Assembly: GCA_035717985.1 (NCBI GenBank) | Contig: DASTHW010000013.1 | Span: 73,436-137,435 of the forward strand | From: Candidatus Saccharimonadales bacterium | GTDB taxonomy: Bacteria; Patescibacteriota; Saccharimonadia; Saccharimonadales; UBA10212 | DNA length: 64,000 bases | Direction of reading: 5' to 3' | Shown: piece after piece, positions 7,623 through 16,562 of the stretch | How the letters are laid out: every line of letters begins with the position of its first letter | Numbering within the stretch: position 1 is the first letter of the stretch | The notes under the pieces: generated by a model | Told to the model about the DNA's origin: nothing | The model's database searches: none | The model's input: only the letters and a program-made list of their open reading frames with translations | Program-made: the position numbers and the translations under genes

Positions 7623-9733
7623 TGTTGGGCATGGGTAAAAGTGAGCCCCAGGTTGACCCGGCGGTCCTAGCCCGGGCCCGGGAACAGCAAGAGGTTAATG
7701 CCGCCTTTGCTAAAGGCGTAACGGCTCTGCGTGATTTTATTGCACCTAGCTCACTGACTTTCGCCGGCAACTATTTTCAACTGGGCACCCGCTTTGCCCG
7801 GACATATTACGTTTATGGCTACCCCCGTCAGCTATATACCGGCTGGCTATCGAGCATGGTCAACCTAGATGAAGTTATCGATCTATCGATGATAATTCAC
7901 CCGGTGGACAGCCAAATCGTGCTGGAGAATCTGCGCAAAAAAGTTAGTCAGCTAGAGGCCGGCATCCGAATTGACGAAGAGGCCGGCAAGGTCCGTGATC
8001 CGGGCAAAGAGGCCGCCGTCCAAGACGCCGAGGAGATGCGCGATAAGCTCCAAGTCGGCGAGGAGCGCTTTTTCCGCTTTGGCTTTTACTTCACCATTTA
8101 CGGCGGCTCCCTGGACGAGCTGGAATTCGTCAGCCACAAGGTGGAGTCTCTGCTCGGTCAGCAGTTGGTTTACTCTAAGCCGGCTACTGCCCAGCAGGAG
8201 CAAGCCCTAAACAGCGTCATCCCGCAGTTTACCGACCAGCTTCAGATCTACCGTAACATGAACACCGGCGCTTTGAGCACCAGCTTTCCATTCACCAGCG
8301 CTGATCTGACCCAGGAAAACGGCATTTTGTATGGCATTAATATGCATAATTCCGGCCTGGTAATTTTTGACCGCTTCAGCTTAGAAAACAGCAATAGCGT
8401 AGTATTTGCTAAATCCGGCGCCGGCAAAAGCTTTACGGTCAAACTGGAAGCTCTGCGCTCCATGATGTTTGGCACCGAAATCATCATTATTGATCCGGAA
8501 AACGAATATCAAAAAATGTGCGACGCTGTGGGCGGCGCCTACGTGCGCCTTAGCCTAAATAGCGCCACCCGGATTAACCCATTTGATCTGCCCCAAGTTG
8601 TTGATTCTGAGGAGGCCGATAATCCGCTGAGGTCTAATTTGATAACTCTCCACGGTCTACTGCGCCTAATGATGGGCGGCGCCCAAGCCCAAATGCAGGC
8701 TCAGGGCGGGGCGGCCGTCATGCCGGCACTTAGCCCGGCTGAAGAAGCCGACCTGGATGCCGCCCTGATTGAAACTTACGCTAAAGCTGGCATTACCAAC
8801 GACCCGTTAACCCACGGTGCTACGCCGCCAACCGTTACCGACCTTTACGATACTTTGCTTCACATGGGCGGCACCGGCCCTCAGCTAGCCCAGCGCCTGC
8901 GTAAATATACGTCAGGCACCTTTGCCGGCATTTTCAGCCAGCAGAGCAATATCAACGTCAATAATTCGATGGTGGTCTTTAACATTCGCGATTTAGAGGA
9001 CGAACTGCGGCCGGTAGCCATGTATATTGTGCTGAATCACATCTGGAACCGGACCAAGGTTGATAAAAAACGCCGGATTATGATTGTCGACGAGGCCTGG
9101 CAGTTAATGCGCTATGAAGATAGCGCTAACTTCTTGTTCAGTCTCGCTAAACGGGCCCGCAAATATAACCTGGGCATCACTACCATTTCGCAAGACGTGG
9201 AAGATTTTATGGCTAGCCGCATGGGCCGGGCGATTGTAGCCAACGCCTCTATGCAGATACTGCTCAAACAGTCACCCAGTGCGGTTGATGTGCTGGCCGA
9301 CGTCTTTAAGCTGACCAGCGAAGAGAAAAAGCGCTTAAGCCAATTCCCGGTAGGCCAGGGCTTGTTCTTTGCCGGCCAAAATCATGTTCACATCCAAGTT
9401 ATTGCCAGCCCGACAGAGTCTGAGCTAATCAGCACCACGCCCACTGTTAATGAGCCGTTGTCAGACGCCGATATTTTGTCTAAATTTATGCCGGCCGGCT
9501 ACACGCCGGGCGCAGAAGCGGCGCCCGAGCCGATTCCCCCGGCCATCTCAAACCCGCCAGCACAGCCTTCGTCCGCACCCACCCAGCCCGCCATCACTAC
9601 CCCAGCCTCCCCAACTCCGGCTATGCCGCCAGCACAGGCTGACGCTACCACTTTATATTTGCATCCGCAGGCCGGAGTCTCTGCCAGTACCGGCACGCCA
9701 ACCCCGCCAAGCCAGCCATTGACAGGAGCCTAG
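7622..9733 (+). CDS. virB4: VirB4-family T4SS ATPase (central and ATPase domains) with Pro/Ala/Thr-rich C-terminal tail
   Basis: 703 aa. Walker A is FAKSGAGKSF and Walker B is RRIMIVDEAWQLM. The upstream motif FIAPSSLTFAGNYFQLGTRFARTYYVYGYPR is typical of VirB4/TrsE. The last 75 aa or so are low-complexity P/A/T/S. Confidence 0.9.
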   Translation: MLGMGKSEPQVDPAVLARAREQQEVNAAFAKGVTALRDFIAPSSLTFAGNYFQLGTRFARTYYVYGYPRQLYTGWLSSMVNLDEVIDLSMIIHPVDSQIVLENLRKKVSQLEAGIRIDEEAGKVRDPGKEAAVQDAEEMRDKLQVGEERFFRFGFYFTIYGGSLDELEFVSHKVESLLGQQLVYSKPATAQQEQALNSVIPQFTDQLQIYRNMNTGALSTSFPFTSADLTQENGILYGINMHNSGLVIFDRFSLENSNSVVFAKSGAGKSFTVKLEALRSMMFGTEIIIIDPENEYQKMCDAVGGAYVRLSLNSATRINPFDLPQVVDSEEADNPLRSNLITLHGLLRLMMGGAQAQMQAQGGAAVMPALSPAEEADLDAALIETYAKAGITNDPLTHGATPPTVTDLYDTLLHMGGTGPQLAQRLRKYTSGTFAGIFSQQSNINVNNSMVVFNIRDLEDELRPVAMYIVLNHIWNRTKVDKKRRIMIVDEAWQLMRYEDSANFLFSLAKRARKYNLGITTISQDVEDFMASRMGRAIVANASMQILLKQSPSAVDVLADVFKLTSEEKKRLSQFPVGQGLFFAGQNHVHIQVIASPTESELISTTPTVNEPLSDADILSKFMPAGYTPGAEAAPEPIPPAISNPPAQPSSAPTQPAITTPASPTPAMPPAQADATTLYLHPQAGVSASTGTPTPPSQPLTGA

Positions 9734-9745
9734 GCCAGACCGTCT

Positions 9746-12700
9746 ATGGCTGAACCGGCAAGACAGTTCGACGAGGAGCAGACTCCGGGTAATGCCGACT
9801 CATCTCCGCCCGGCCGGCCGGAACTTCGGGCTCTAGAAGGCGGCGGCGAAACCAGCCCGCCTGAGCGTAGCTGGTACACCGGCGACGGTAGCGATCAGAC
9901 GGATAAAGAAAAACTATCTGGCTCCGAGAACTCTCCAGCCGAATCCAAATATAAAGATCAGGTTGGCTCTGGATATAAAAATACTCAGCCCAAGAAAACG
10001 ATTCGATCGCGGCTAGCCAGTCGTAAACGTCGGATTATATTCGCCGGCATATCGGCGCTCATTGCTCTAGGTATTTCTATAGCCGGATTCTTTTTTCTTT
10101 TACCATACAAGCTTAATTTCATCATGAACGATCTAGAAAAACACTACTATTCATCTACCCAAAATGCTATGGACAAAGAAGTGGATTCTTTATTTAGTAA
10201 TTATCTTCGGAATAAGGTTTTACCCAGCCTCAGATCCGGCAAAACCTGCGGTACTTCAGTGTTATCAACCATAAATCGTAAGTGTACAACCATCGTCCAG
10301 GGAAGCGGTTTAGTGAATAAGCTCTATAGCTCTTGGTCGCAAGCCCATATGGAAAATGATTTGGCTAATAAATACGGCATAGAATTTGGGTATGAAGGTG
10401 GTAATTACTATATGAAGGCACCCGGTCTAGGTCTAGATGATACCAAATACAATATTGATGGTTTTGCAAAAGCTAGTGGCGAAAGTTTAGATGATTTTAT
10501 CAGTAAAGATCCTCAGTTAACTGGCTTCGGAAGTACTAAAGAGTTTAAGGCCGCTGTGGCGGCTAAGCTGGATACTGCCCTGCAGAATGAGTCCAGATAT
10601 ACCCAAGTAATGTTCAAGTACAAAGTCGGCAGATACCTTGAAAAGAAATTCGGCATAAAGCGGTGTATCGTTGCTTGCGATACACGCCGCGATTTTAGTG
10701 ACTGGAAAAACAAGAAAAAAGCCGCAACTTTAATCCGAGCCCAGCGTGTTCTTCAACCAAATAATCAATTACTGGCTTTTGTCCTAGGCTGTATCGGGAA
10801 AGGCGGCCCCGTCACTGGTGATTGCAGTGTATTAAAGAAGGAGGATCCATCTTCTCAGCCTGTTGAGGATCCAAATGGAGATGGCTGTACGGCCAACTGT
10901 GTAACAGGAGGCGAACCATTAAGTCCGGCCGACACTGAAATAGAGGCGACTATGGGCAACTTAGCGGCTGAATATGGTATCTCGAGCGAAGAGGACGTAG
11001 CAAAAGCCCAAAAAATTTATGATGACCTCACGGGTAAGGGGGGCTATAAAAAATATTTAGTGAGCCAGGTAGTAGATAACCTGCTATCTGGTGCCGGGCT
11101 AAGCGATGACGCATCTAAAGCAGTGGCTAACTCCGCTGGAAAATTGGTAGCAGGAGATGTTCCCGGTCTTGGCGAAGTTCTGCTAGTCGGTAAATTAAAT
11201 AGCATGGCTTTGGCGGCCGGTGCCATCTTGCCGGCTATGGGCTACGCTCTACAGACTCAAACCATGGTGCATGAGTACTCGATATACCGAACTTACTTAG
11301 ATGAATTAAAAACCGGTAATGTTTCTGCTAGCATGGTAGGCTCTTTCACGGATTCGTTAGGGCCGGGCAACCAGGATCCCGCCAATACAGATGATAGTGA
11401 AATTGGTGGAACAGCATCAGCCGAGCAAACACCTCTATATAGTAGTCTGATTGGCGACGGTAGCGGCAAAGGAAGTTCCAATTATTTATGTGATAACGGC
11501 AAACCCGTGCCAGCCGGACAGCTAGTTTGCCCAGAAGAAAAGGTTGATGTTAAAACCAAAGCCGATGCTTTATCTATAGTTAATCGTGAGCCTTCTTTTG
11601 TTAAGCAGGCCACTGGTGTAGCTAACGATTTGTCAAATTGGCTTGGTGAATTAGCTTCCAAGGTCTTCGGTATTTTACATCTTAATGGTTTACTAAATCG
11701 GGCTGTCAGCGGTTTCCTTAGCTTGACTCACATAAATGGTCTCCTGGACGATTTAGGAAATTATCTGAAGGATGAATTTCTGCCCCCCGCTATCGTGGGG
11801 CCAAATACCAGTGGCGGCCGGACATTCGACATGATAGCCGCTGGTAATGATGTATCTGCCAATGACTTTGCTCATAACGGCTTAGGCGGCGTGGCTTTAA
11901 GCCAACAACAAAGTATAGCCATTGCCAATGAACAAATGGAAAGCCAGGCTATGCAGAATAGCGATCAGCCGGTTTTAGCCCGCCTTTTTAGCACCAATGA
12001 CTCTAATTCCTTACTTGGTAAGATAGCGCTTAATATGCCCTCTGGTGATGGCGATATCAAAACAAGTCTATCCAGCATCTTTAGCAATCCACTCCGTAAG
12101 GTCTTCTCCAGCTTCGCTGGAATTTTTGGCCGACGTGCTCTAGCTACCAGTGCCCAGCCTGATCCGTTTGACATTACGCAGTACGGCTACCCCGTTAATG
12201 ATCCAATTTTCAATCAAGACCCTGAAAAGTATTGGAGCCAGCATTGCATAGCTAATGCCGAAACGGTGGCCTGGAATACCGAAGCGGCAAATGTCGCCAA
12301 CTCAAATCCTAACGGCCTATACATAGCTGATAATCTTCAGCCTTCACAAACCGGCCGGCCATCGCCCACCGGTGACCCAATGGGCACCAACCCTTGTTTA
12401 TTAATTCAGGCCGCTGTTGGGAGTGTTGGTGGAATATATAATTCTAGTCTCTTAACCAATGATGATTTAGGAGACAGTTCTTCGGTCGGCTTTAACGAAT
12501 CATCGGCGGCTCCGGGCGATACCAGTGCTTATCAAAATCCCCTACGTGACGTTCAAAAGAACGGTTCGCTGGTACCGCAAAGAGTTGACCAGGGTGTAGA
12601 CTACGGAGGCTCGGGATCGGTTTATGCTATTGGGCCTGGCACAATTTTAAATATCAGTAACAGCGGCTGGTCTGTGGATGGAGGTCCGCCAACGTTTATT

Positions 12701-13048
12701 GTCTACCAGCTTTCCAGCGGCCCGGCTCAAGGAAAAGCCGTTTATGTGGCAGAGAACTGCATACCAAGTCCTCAGCTTAAAATAGGCGAAAGCGTAGACA
12801 GCAGTACGCCGCTTTGTACTATGGTTGACACTCCTCCACATATTGAAATGGGGTGGGCGGATGGATCGGCATTGGGTCAGGCGGCCGCTCACAGTTCCTG
12901 GGGGTCAAGTGTTGATGACCTTCAACACTACACCGCATACGGTCTTAACTTCTCTCAACTCCTCACCAAGCTGGGTGCACCTCCTGGAACAATCCAGTCT
13001 GGAGCTCAACTACTTGGTAGCTTACCTAGTGGGTGGCCTTCATGGTAA
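9746..13048 (+). CDS. 1100-aa single-pass membrane protein of the T4SS locus, C-terminal LytM/M23-like (probably degenerate) domain
   Basis: The N-terminal roughly 100 aa are disordered and are followed by one TM helix (IIFAGISALIALGISIAGFFFLL). A huge exo-domain follows. The C-terminal segment RVDQGVDYGGSGSVYAIGPGTILN...GKAVYVAENC...LKIGESV...PPHIEMGW follows the M23 strand order, but the metal-ligand His positions look substituted. Confidence 0.55.
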   Translation: MAEPARQFDEEQTPGNADSSPPGRPELRALEGGGETSPPERSWYTGDGSDQTDKEKLSGSENSPAESKYKDQVGSGYKNTQPKKTIRSRLASRKRRIIFAGISALIALGISIAGFFFLLPYKLNFIMNDLEKHYYSSTQNAMDKEVDSLFSNYLRNKVLPSLRSGKTCGTSVLSTINRKCTTIVQGSGLVNKLYSSWSQAHMENDLANKYGIEFGYEGGNYYMKAPGLGLDDTKYNIDGFAKASGESLDDFISKDPQLTGFGSTKEFKAAVAAKLDTALQNESRYTQVMFKYKVGRYLEKKFGIKRCIVACDTRRDFSDWKNKKKAATLIRAQRVLQPNNQLLAFVLGCIGKGGPVTGDCSVLKKEDPSSQPVEDPNGDGCTANCVTGGEPLSPADTEIEATMGNLAAEYGISSEEDVAKAQKIYDDLTGKGGYKKYLVSQVVDNLLSGAGLSDDASKAVANSAGKLVAGDVPGLGEVLLVGKLNSMALAAGAILPAMGYALQTQTMVHEYSIYRTYLDELKTGNVSASMVGSFTDSLGPGNQDPANTDDSEIGGTASAEQTPLYSSLIGDGSGKGSSNYLCDNGKPVPAGQLVCPEEKVDVKTKADALSIVNREPSFVKQATGVANDLSNWLGELASKVFGILHLNGLLNRAVSGFLSLTHINGLLDDLGNYLKDEFLPPAIVGPNTSGGRTFDMIAAGNDVSANDFAHNGLGGVALSQQQSIAIANEQMESQAMQNSDQPVLARLFSTNDSNSLLGKIALNMPSGDGDIKTSLSSIFSNPLRKVFSSFAGIFGRRALATSAQPDPFDITQYGYPVNDPIFNQDPEKYWSQHCIANAETVAWNTEAANVANSNPNGLYIADNLQPSQTGRPSPTGDPMGTNPCLLIQAAVGSVGGIYNSSLLTNDDLGDSSSVGFNESSAAPGDTSAYQNPLRDVQKNGSLVPQRVDQGVDYGGSGSVYAIGPGTILNISNSGWSVDGGPPTFIVYQLSSGPAQGKAVYVAENCIPSPQLKIGESVDSSTPLCTMVDTPPHIEMGWADGSALGQAAAHSSWGSSVDDLQHYTAYGLNFSQLLTKLGAPPGTIQSGAQLLGSLPSGWPSW

Positions 13049-14274
13049 AGATAAAGGGCTTGTTGAATCTAAATTACAGGAAAATTCTGCCGATTTTAAT
13101 GGCCTTGGCCCCCTTAGTCCTTAGTGGTCAGTCGGTCATCGCACAGAGCCTAAGTCAAGGTGACCTTAATAGTATTTACGACAATACGGTTTGGTACCAG
13201 CCGAGCGGCAATGGATGTACAGCAAATGTTGACGTCAGTCTAAGCGGCAATGGACAGATTCAGCAGGCATTTAACTTCTTTGTGTCAAAAGGGCTGTCGG
13301 CCGAGCAGGCGGCTGGTATCGTCGGCAACTTTAAGTGGGAGTCGGGGGTGGACCCCACCAAAGAAAATGGCGGCACCGATAGCAATACCCCCGGTGACAC
13401 CTGGGGTATTGCTCAGTGGACACAGTCTAGCGGAAGACTGGGGAATCTTGAAAAATATGCTCAGCAAAATAATTTAAATATAGACGATTTGGCAACTCAG
13501 CTGGCTTTTGCCTGGTATGAACTTAGTCAGGGAACCGAGACAAATGTTTTGGGTTATCTTAAACAGGTTAGCGGTTTCGGAATCCAGGCCGTAGATTCGG
13601 CCTCAAATATCGTTTTCAACAACTACGAGGGAGCCGGTGACGCAACCGGCCCCAAGCGCGCACAGCTATCTGAGGAGGTTTACCAGCAATACGGCGGGTC
13701 TACCGGCACCACTATCTCAACACCTATTGATAGCACTGGGTGTGCGAGTGTGGGGCCGGGGCAAGATACTCAATACATAAACGGGTTTACTGTCTATAAC
13801 CAATATGACCCCTCCTGGGCCAATGATCCCTACGGTAGCACAACCATTGCCGTAGCAGGATGCGGTCCTAGCGCCATGGCCATGATTATCACTGCTCTCA
13901 CCGGCCAACAAGTTACGCCAGATGTTGCGGCCCGATATGCTGATAGTCAAAACTTATATGTTGATGGTGAAGGAAGTAGTTGGAGTATTTCACCCGTCCT
14001 AGCCCAGCATTGGAACCTTCATGCCACCCTAATAGGGGCAGATACCGCCAAGATTACAGCCGCCCTACAAAGCGGCGCATTAGTCATCGCGGCCGGTGAG
14101 GGGCCATCTCCATTTACAAGCGAGGGCCACTTCTTGGTAATCCGCAGTGTAACTGCTGACGGCATGTGGCAGGTGGGTGACTCAGGGAATAGCTCAACAA
14201 GCAGTAAGGATTGGAGTCCGCAACAACTTACTGCTAGCATGAACGGAGGGAGTGTGTATGCGATTAGCAAATAG
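13042..14274 (+). CDS. Bifunctional cell-wall hydrolase (lysozyme-like N-domain plus papain-like Cys peptidase C-domain), VirB1/CwlT analogue
   Basis: There is a signal peptide. The motif GIVGNFKWESGVDP...WGIAQWT...LEKYA resembles the phage-tail-lysozyme family. The C-terminal AGCGPSAMAMIITALTG ... GHFLVIRSV gives the Cys/His of a C39-like/NlpC-type peptidase. The ATG at 13042 is preferred to the GTG at 13033. Confidence 0.75.
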   Translation: MVKIKGLLNLNYRKILPILMALAPLVLSGQSVIAQSLSQGDLNSIYDNTVWYQPSGNGCTANVDVSLSGNGQIQQAFNFFVSKGLSAEQAAGIVGNFKWESGVDPTKENGGTDSNTPGDTWGIAQWTQSSGRLGNLEKYAQQNNLNIDDLATQLAFAWYELSQGTETNVLGYLKQVSGFGIQAVDSASNIVFNNYEGAGDATGPKRAQLSEEVYQQYGGSTGTTISTPIDSTGCASVGPGQDTQYINGFTVYNQYDPSWANDPYGSTTIAVAGCGPSAMAMIITALTGQQVTPDVAARYADSQNLYVDGEGSSWSISPVLAQHWNLHATLIGADTAKITAALQSGALVIAAGEGPSPFTSEGHFLVIRSVTADGMWQVGDSGNSSTSSKDWSPQQLTASMNGGSVYAISK

Positions 14275-14791
14275 AAGATACTTACTAATCCTTGGATGCT
14301 CACTGCTGATATTATTAATAGTTATTGCCGCTCTCTTAGCTTTCCGTAATCAACCTAAGGTTCCGGGCAAAAATTCTCTGAGCCAGCACGTAGATACCTT
14401 TTCGGGCGAAACCGTTTCTAATCCCAAAGGAGTAGCTCCAGAGAAGTACGGCGTCAGCCCAAATACGCCAGTTTATCTTGGTTTTGATAAACTGCTTAAC
14501 TACGGCCTGACCGATATTCAGCTAAATTTGGTTAAATTGGCCTTTTATAAATACTCACAAAGTCTAGCCAAGCCACTCGGCCAGATAAGCGTAGGGGCCA
14601 ATACCATAACCACTCAACATGATCCCACGAACCCTAATTCTAACTTTAATATCCTGTTTAAGGTTCAGTTTGACGAAAAGGCTATCTATCAAGCCAATGT
14701 GGAGTATGCGGGTCTAAATGATGCTCGGTTAATTATCACTACTCAATCGGGAAATAAAGAATACGATTCAGGTACACTTGACTCTAATTAA
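14258..14791 (+). CDS. Membrane-anchored hypothetical protein (T4SS locus accessory)
   Basis: ATG at 14258 (MRLANRRYLLILGCSLLILLIVIAALLAF) gives an N-terminal anchor, followed by a soluble domain of about 150 aa. It overlaps the hydrolase stop, so it is probably co-transcribed. I recognise no family. Confidence 0.5.
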   Translation: MRLANRRYLLILGCSLLILLIVIAALLAFRNQPKVPGKNSLSQHVDTFSGETVSNPKGVAPEKYGVSPNTPVYLGFDKLLNYGLTDIQLNLVKLAFYKYSQSLAKPLGQISVGANTITTQHDPTNPNSNFNILFKVQFDEKAIYQANVEYAGLNDARLIITTQSGNKEYDSGTLDSN

Positions 14792-14812
14792 GTAAAGTGA
14801 TATAGTATTAAC

Positions 14813-15487
14813 ATGCGTTCCCCGGAAAATCACAACCTCAACGGACATTATCAGAGAAGGGCTAGGCTTGCGGCATTGGCCGCTGGCTTGAGTTTATTCG
14901 GCGGGGTAGTTGAAATGGTCCGTGCTGAGGGGGCGCTGGCACAGCCCGAACAGTATCAACTATCTGAACAGACCCCCCGTGCTTTTATTAGGGGTATCGA
15001 TAAAAAACTGATCAAAGTGGGCCATGAACTAAGAGCTTCCAGGAAAGTAAAAGAGATTAAGGGGAAAACCGCCAACCTACCTAAAGGCATTGATATTTAC
15101 TATATATCGACGCCGGGTTCTAAGGCGCGCCATTATAATATATTGTCTGTAACAGTTAAGGATGGCATGGCCACCCCTCTAATAACCGCCATTGATTTTA
15201 ACGCTAACGCCCGTACGCCAGCACGTATAACAAATAGTCCAGAAGGAATAATTGTAAGCCAGGTCTCCAACCCGAGTTCTAAGTTTACACCCAATACCAT
15301 CGAAATGTTTTCCGACCATGGAGTTTATTTTGAAAAATACTCTGCCTCTGTAACCAATTTTGACGGTAACCATCCGCCTTTCGGCAGATCAACAAGCGGT
15401 AATTATGAGCCGACCAGCTCCTCCGTTGTCTCTGGGGAATTTAATAGTTTCATCAAGGAGGCTAATCAAATACTAGAAGACGGCTAA
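14813..15487 (+). CDS. Secreted or anchored hypothetical protein
   Basis: 224 aa. The N-terminus YQRRARLAALAAGLSLFGGVV is signal-like. I recognise no family. It is the last gene of the plus-strand T4SS block and converges on recF. Confidence 0.5.
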   Translation: MRSPENHNLNGHYQRRARLAALAAGLSLFGGVVEMVRAEGALAQPEQYQLSEQTPRAFIRGIDKKLIKVGHELRASRKVKEIKGKTANLPKGIDIYYISTPGSKARHYNILSVTVKDGMATPLITAIDFNANARTPARITNSPEGIIVSQVSNPSSKFTPNTIEMFSDHGVYFEKYSASVTNFDGNHPPFGRSTSGNYEPTSSSVVSGEFNSFIKEANQILEDG

Positions 15488-16548
15488 GGTCGACTTCTAC
15501 TCAGCGTTACCAGGTTTTGGCTACCGCGAGAGAAATATTCGACCACCGTTTCGGCGTCGGTAGTGGTAATAATTGTTTGCTGATTTTTTAGAAAATCTAC
15601 AAGCGCCCGGCGGCGGGCGCCGTCTAGCTCGGAAAATACATCGTCTAAGAGAAAAATGGGCGTTTGGCCTCTAGCTTTTTCAATTAAACCAAGTTCAAAA
15701 ACTTTTAGAGCCAGCATGATGCTACGGATCTCGCCGCGCGAAGCGCTGATATTGGTGTTTTGGCCAGCCAGCTGAAAGCAAAAATCCTCGCGGTGCGGGC
15801 CGTAGGCCGTAAAACCCCTCACAAAATCCAGCTCGGCGCTGGCCCCCAGTTTGGCTAGCAGGCGGCTAGCGTAGCCCTCGATTTTAAACTGACTTTGATA
15901 GTCAACTGACAGCTCTATTTTGGAGCGGGCAATCTTACTATAGGTCTTAGCTATTTCTTGATTTATCTGATTAACCAGCGCCTCCCGGGCCTGGGCAATT
16001 TTTTCACCCAGCTCCGCCAGCCGGACATCCCAGACAAACAGCTGATCGCGCCGGGAACTATCGCCAGTTTTTAAAAGCCGGTTACGCTGAGCTAGTGCCC
16101 GCCGGTAGGCAGATGATTGCTGTTTAAAGCCTGGCTGGGTGCGCTCTAGCAGTTCATCAAAATAATCGCGCCTTTGCTCTGGCCCGCGAATCAAAAGCTG
16201 AAGGTGATTGGGCTCAAACCAGACCACCGGCAGACTCTTATCCAGGCTTAGCCGCTTATAGGGCTTATCATCGATTACAAAGTTCTTTTCGGCCTGCTCG
16301 CTAGCATATTTATAGGTACGAGTCTGGTTATCGAAATAACCATCCAGGCGGGCCCATGATTTATTAAATTTAACTAACTCTGGGTCTCGGGCCCGGTAAG
16401 AGCCGCCCCGGCAAAGGACTAAAACTGCCTCTAGTAAATTAGTCTTGCCGCTGGCATTGGGGCCAACCACAATATTTACCCCGGGCGTAAATTCAAATGA
16501 GGCGTCAGCGTAAGACCGAAAATTCTGGGCCCGTAAACTACTAATCAT
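15484..16548 (-). CDS. recF: DNA replication and repair protein RecF
   Basis: 354 aa. Has a Walker A (GPNASGKTNLLEA), an SMC-type signature region, and Walker B LLDDVFSELD. It sits in the canonical position after dnaN. Confidence 0.9.
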   Translation of the reverse strand: MISSLRAQNFRSYADASFEFTPGVNIVVGPNASGKTNLLEAVLVLCRGGSYRARDPELVKFNKSWARLDGYFDNQTRTYKYASEQAEKNFVIDDKPYKRLSLDKSLPVVWFEPNHLQLLIRGPEQRRDYFDELLERTQPGFKQQSSAYRRALAQRNRLLKTGDSSRRDQLFVWDVRLAELGEKIAQAREALVNQINQEIAKTYSKIARSKIELSVDYQSQFKIEGYASRLLAKLGASAELDFVRGFTAYGPHREDFCFQLAGQNTNISASRGEIRSIMLALKVFELGLIEKARGQTPIFLLDDVFSELDGARRRALVDFLKNQQTIITTTDAETVVEYFSRGSQNLVTLSRSRP

Positions 16549-16562
16549 TAGCTAAAGCTGGC

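Noticed and set aside
14813-14900. Twin-arginine (Tat) signal in the 224-aa protein (YQRRARLAALAAGLSLFGG)
   Set aside because: An RR pair next to a hydrophobic stretch is suggestive, but the consensus S/T-R-R-x-F-L-K is not met. No Tat components are visible, so it is called only as a generic signal/anchor.
1-15487. Interpreting the T4SS block as an integrative conjugative element
   Set aside because: No integrase, relaxase, coupling protein, att repeat or compositional shift is visible, apart from the 0.5-kb GC-rich cassette. The block abuts recF directly. The region upstream of position 1 is unseen, so this rejection is provisional.
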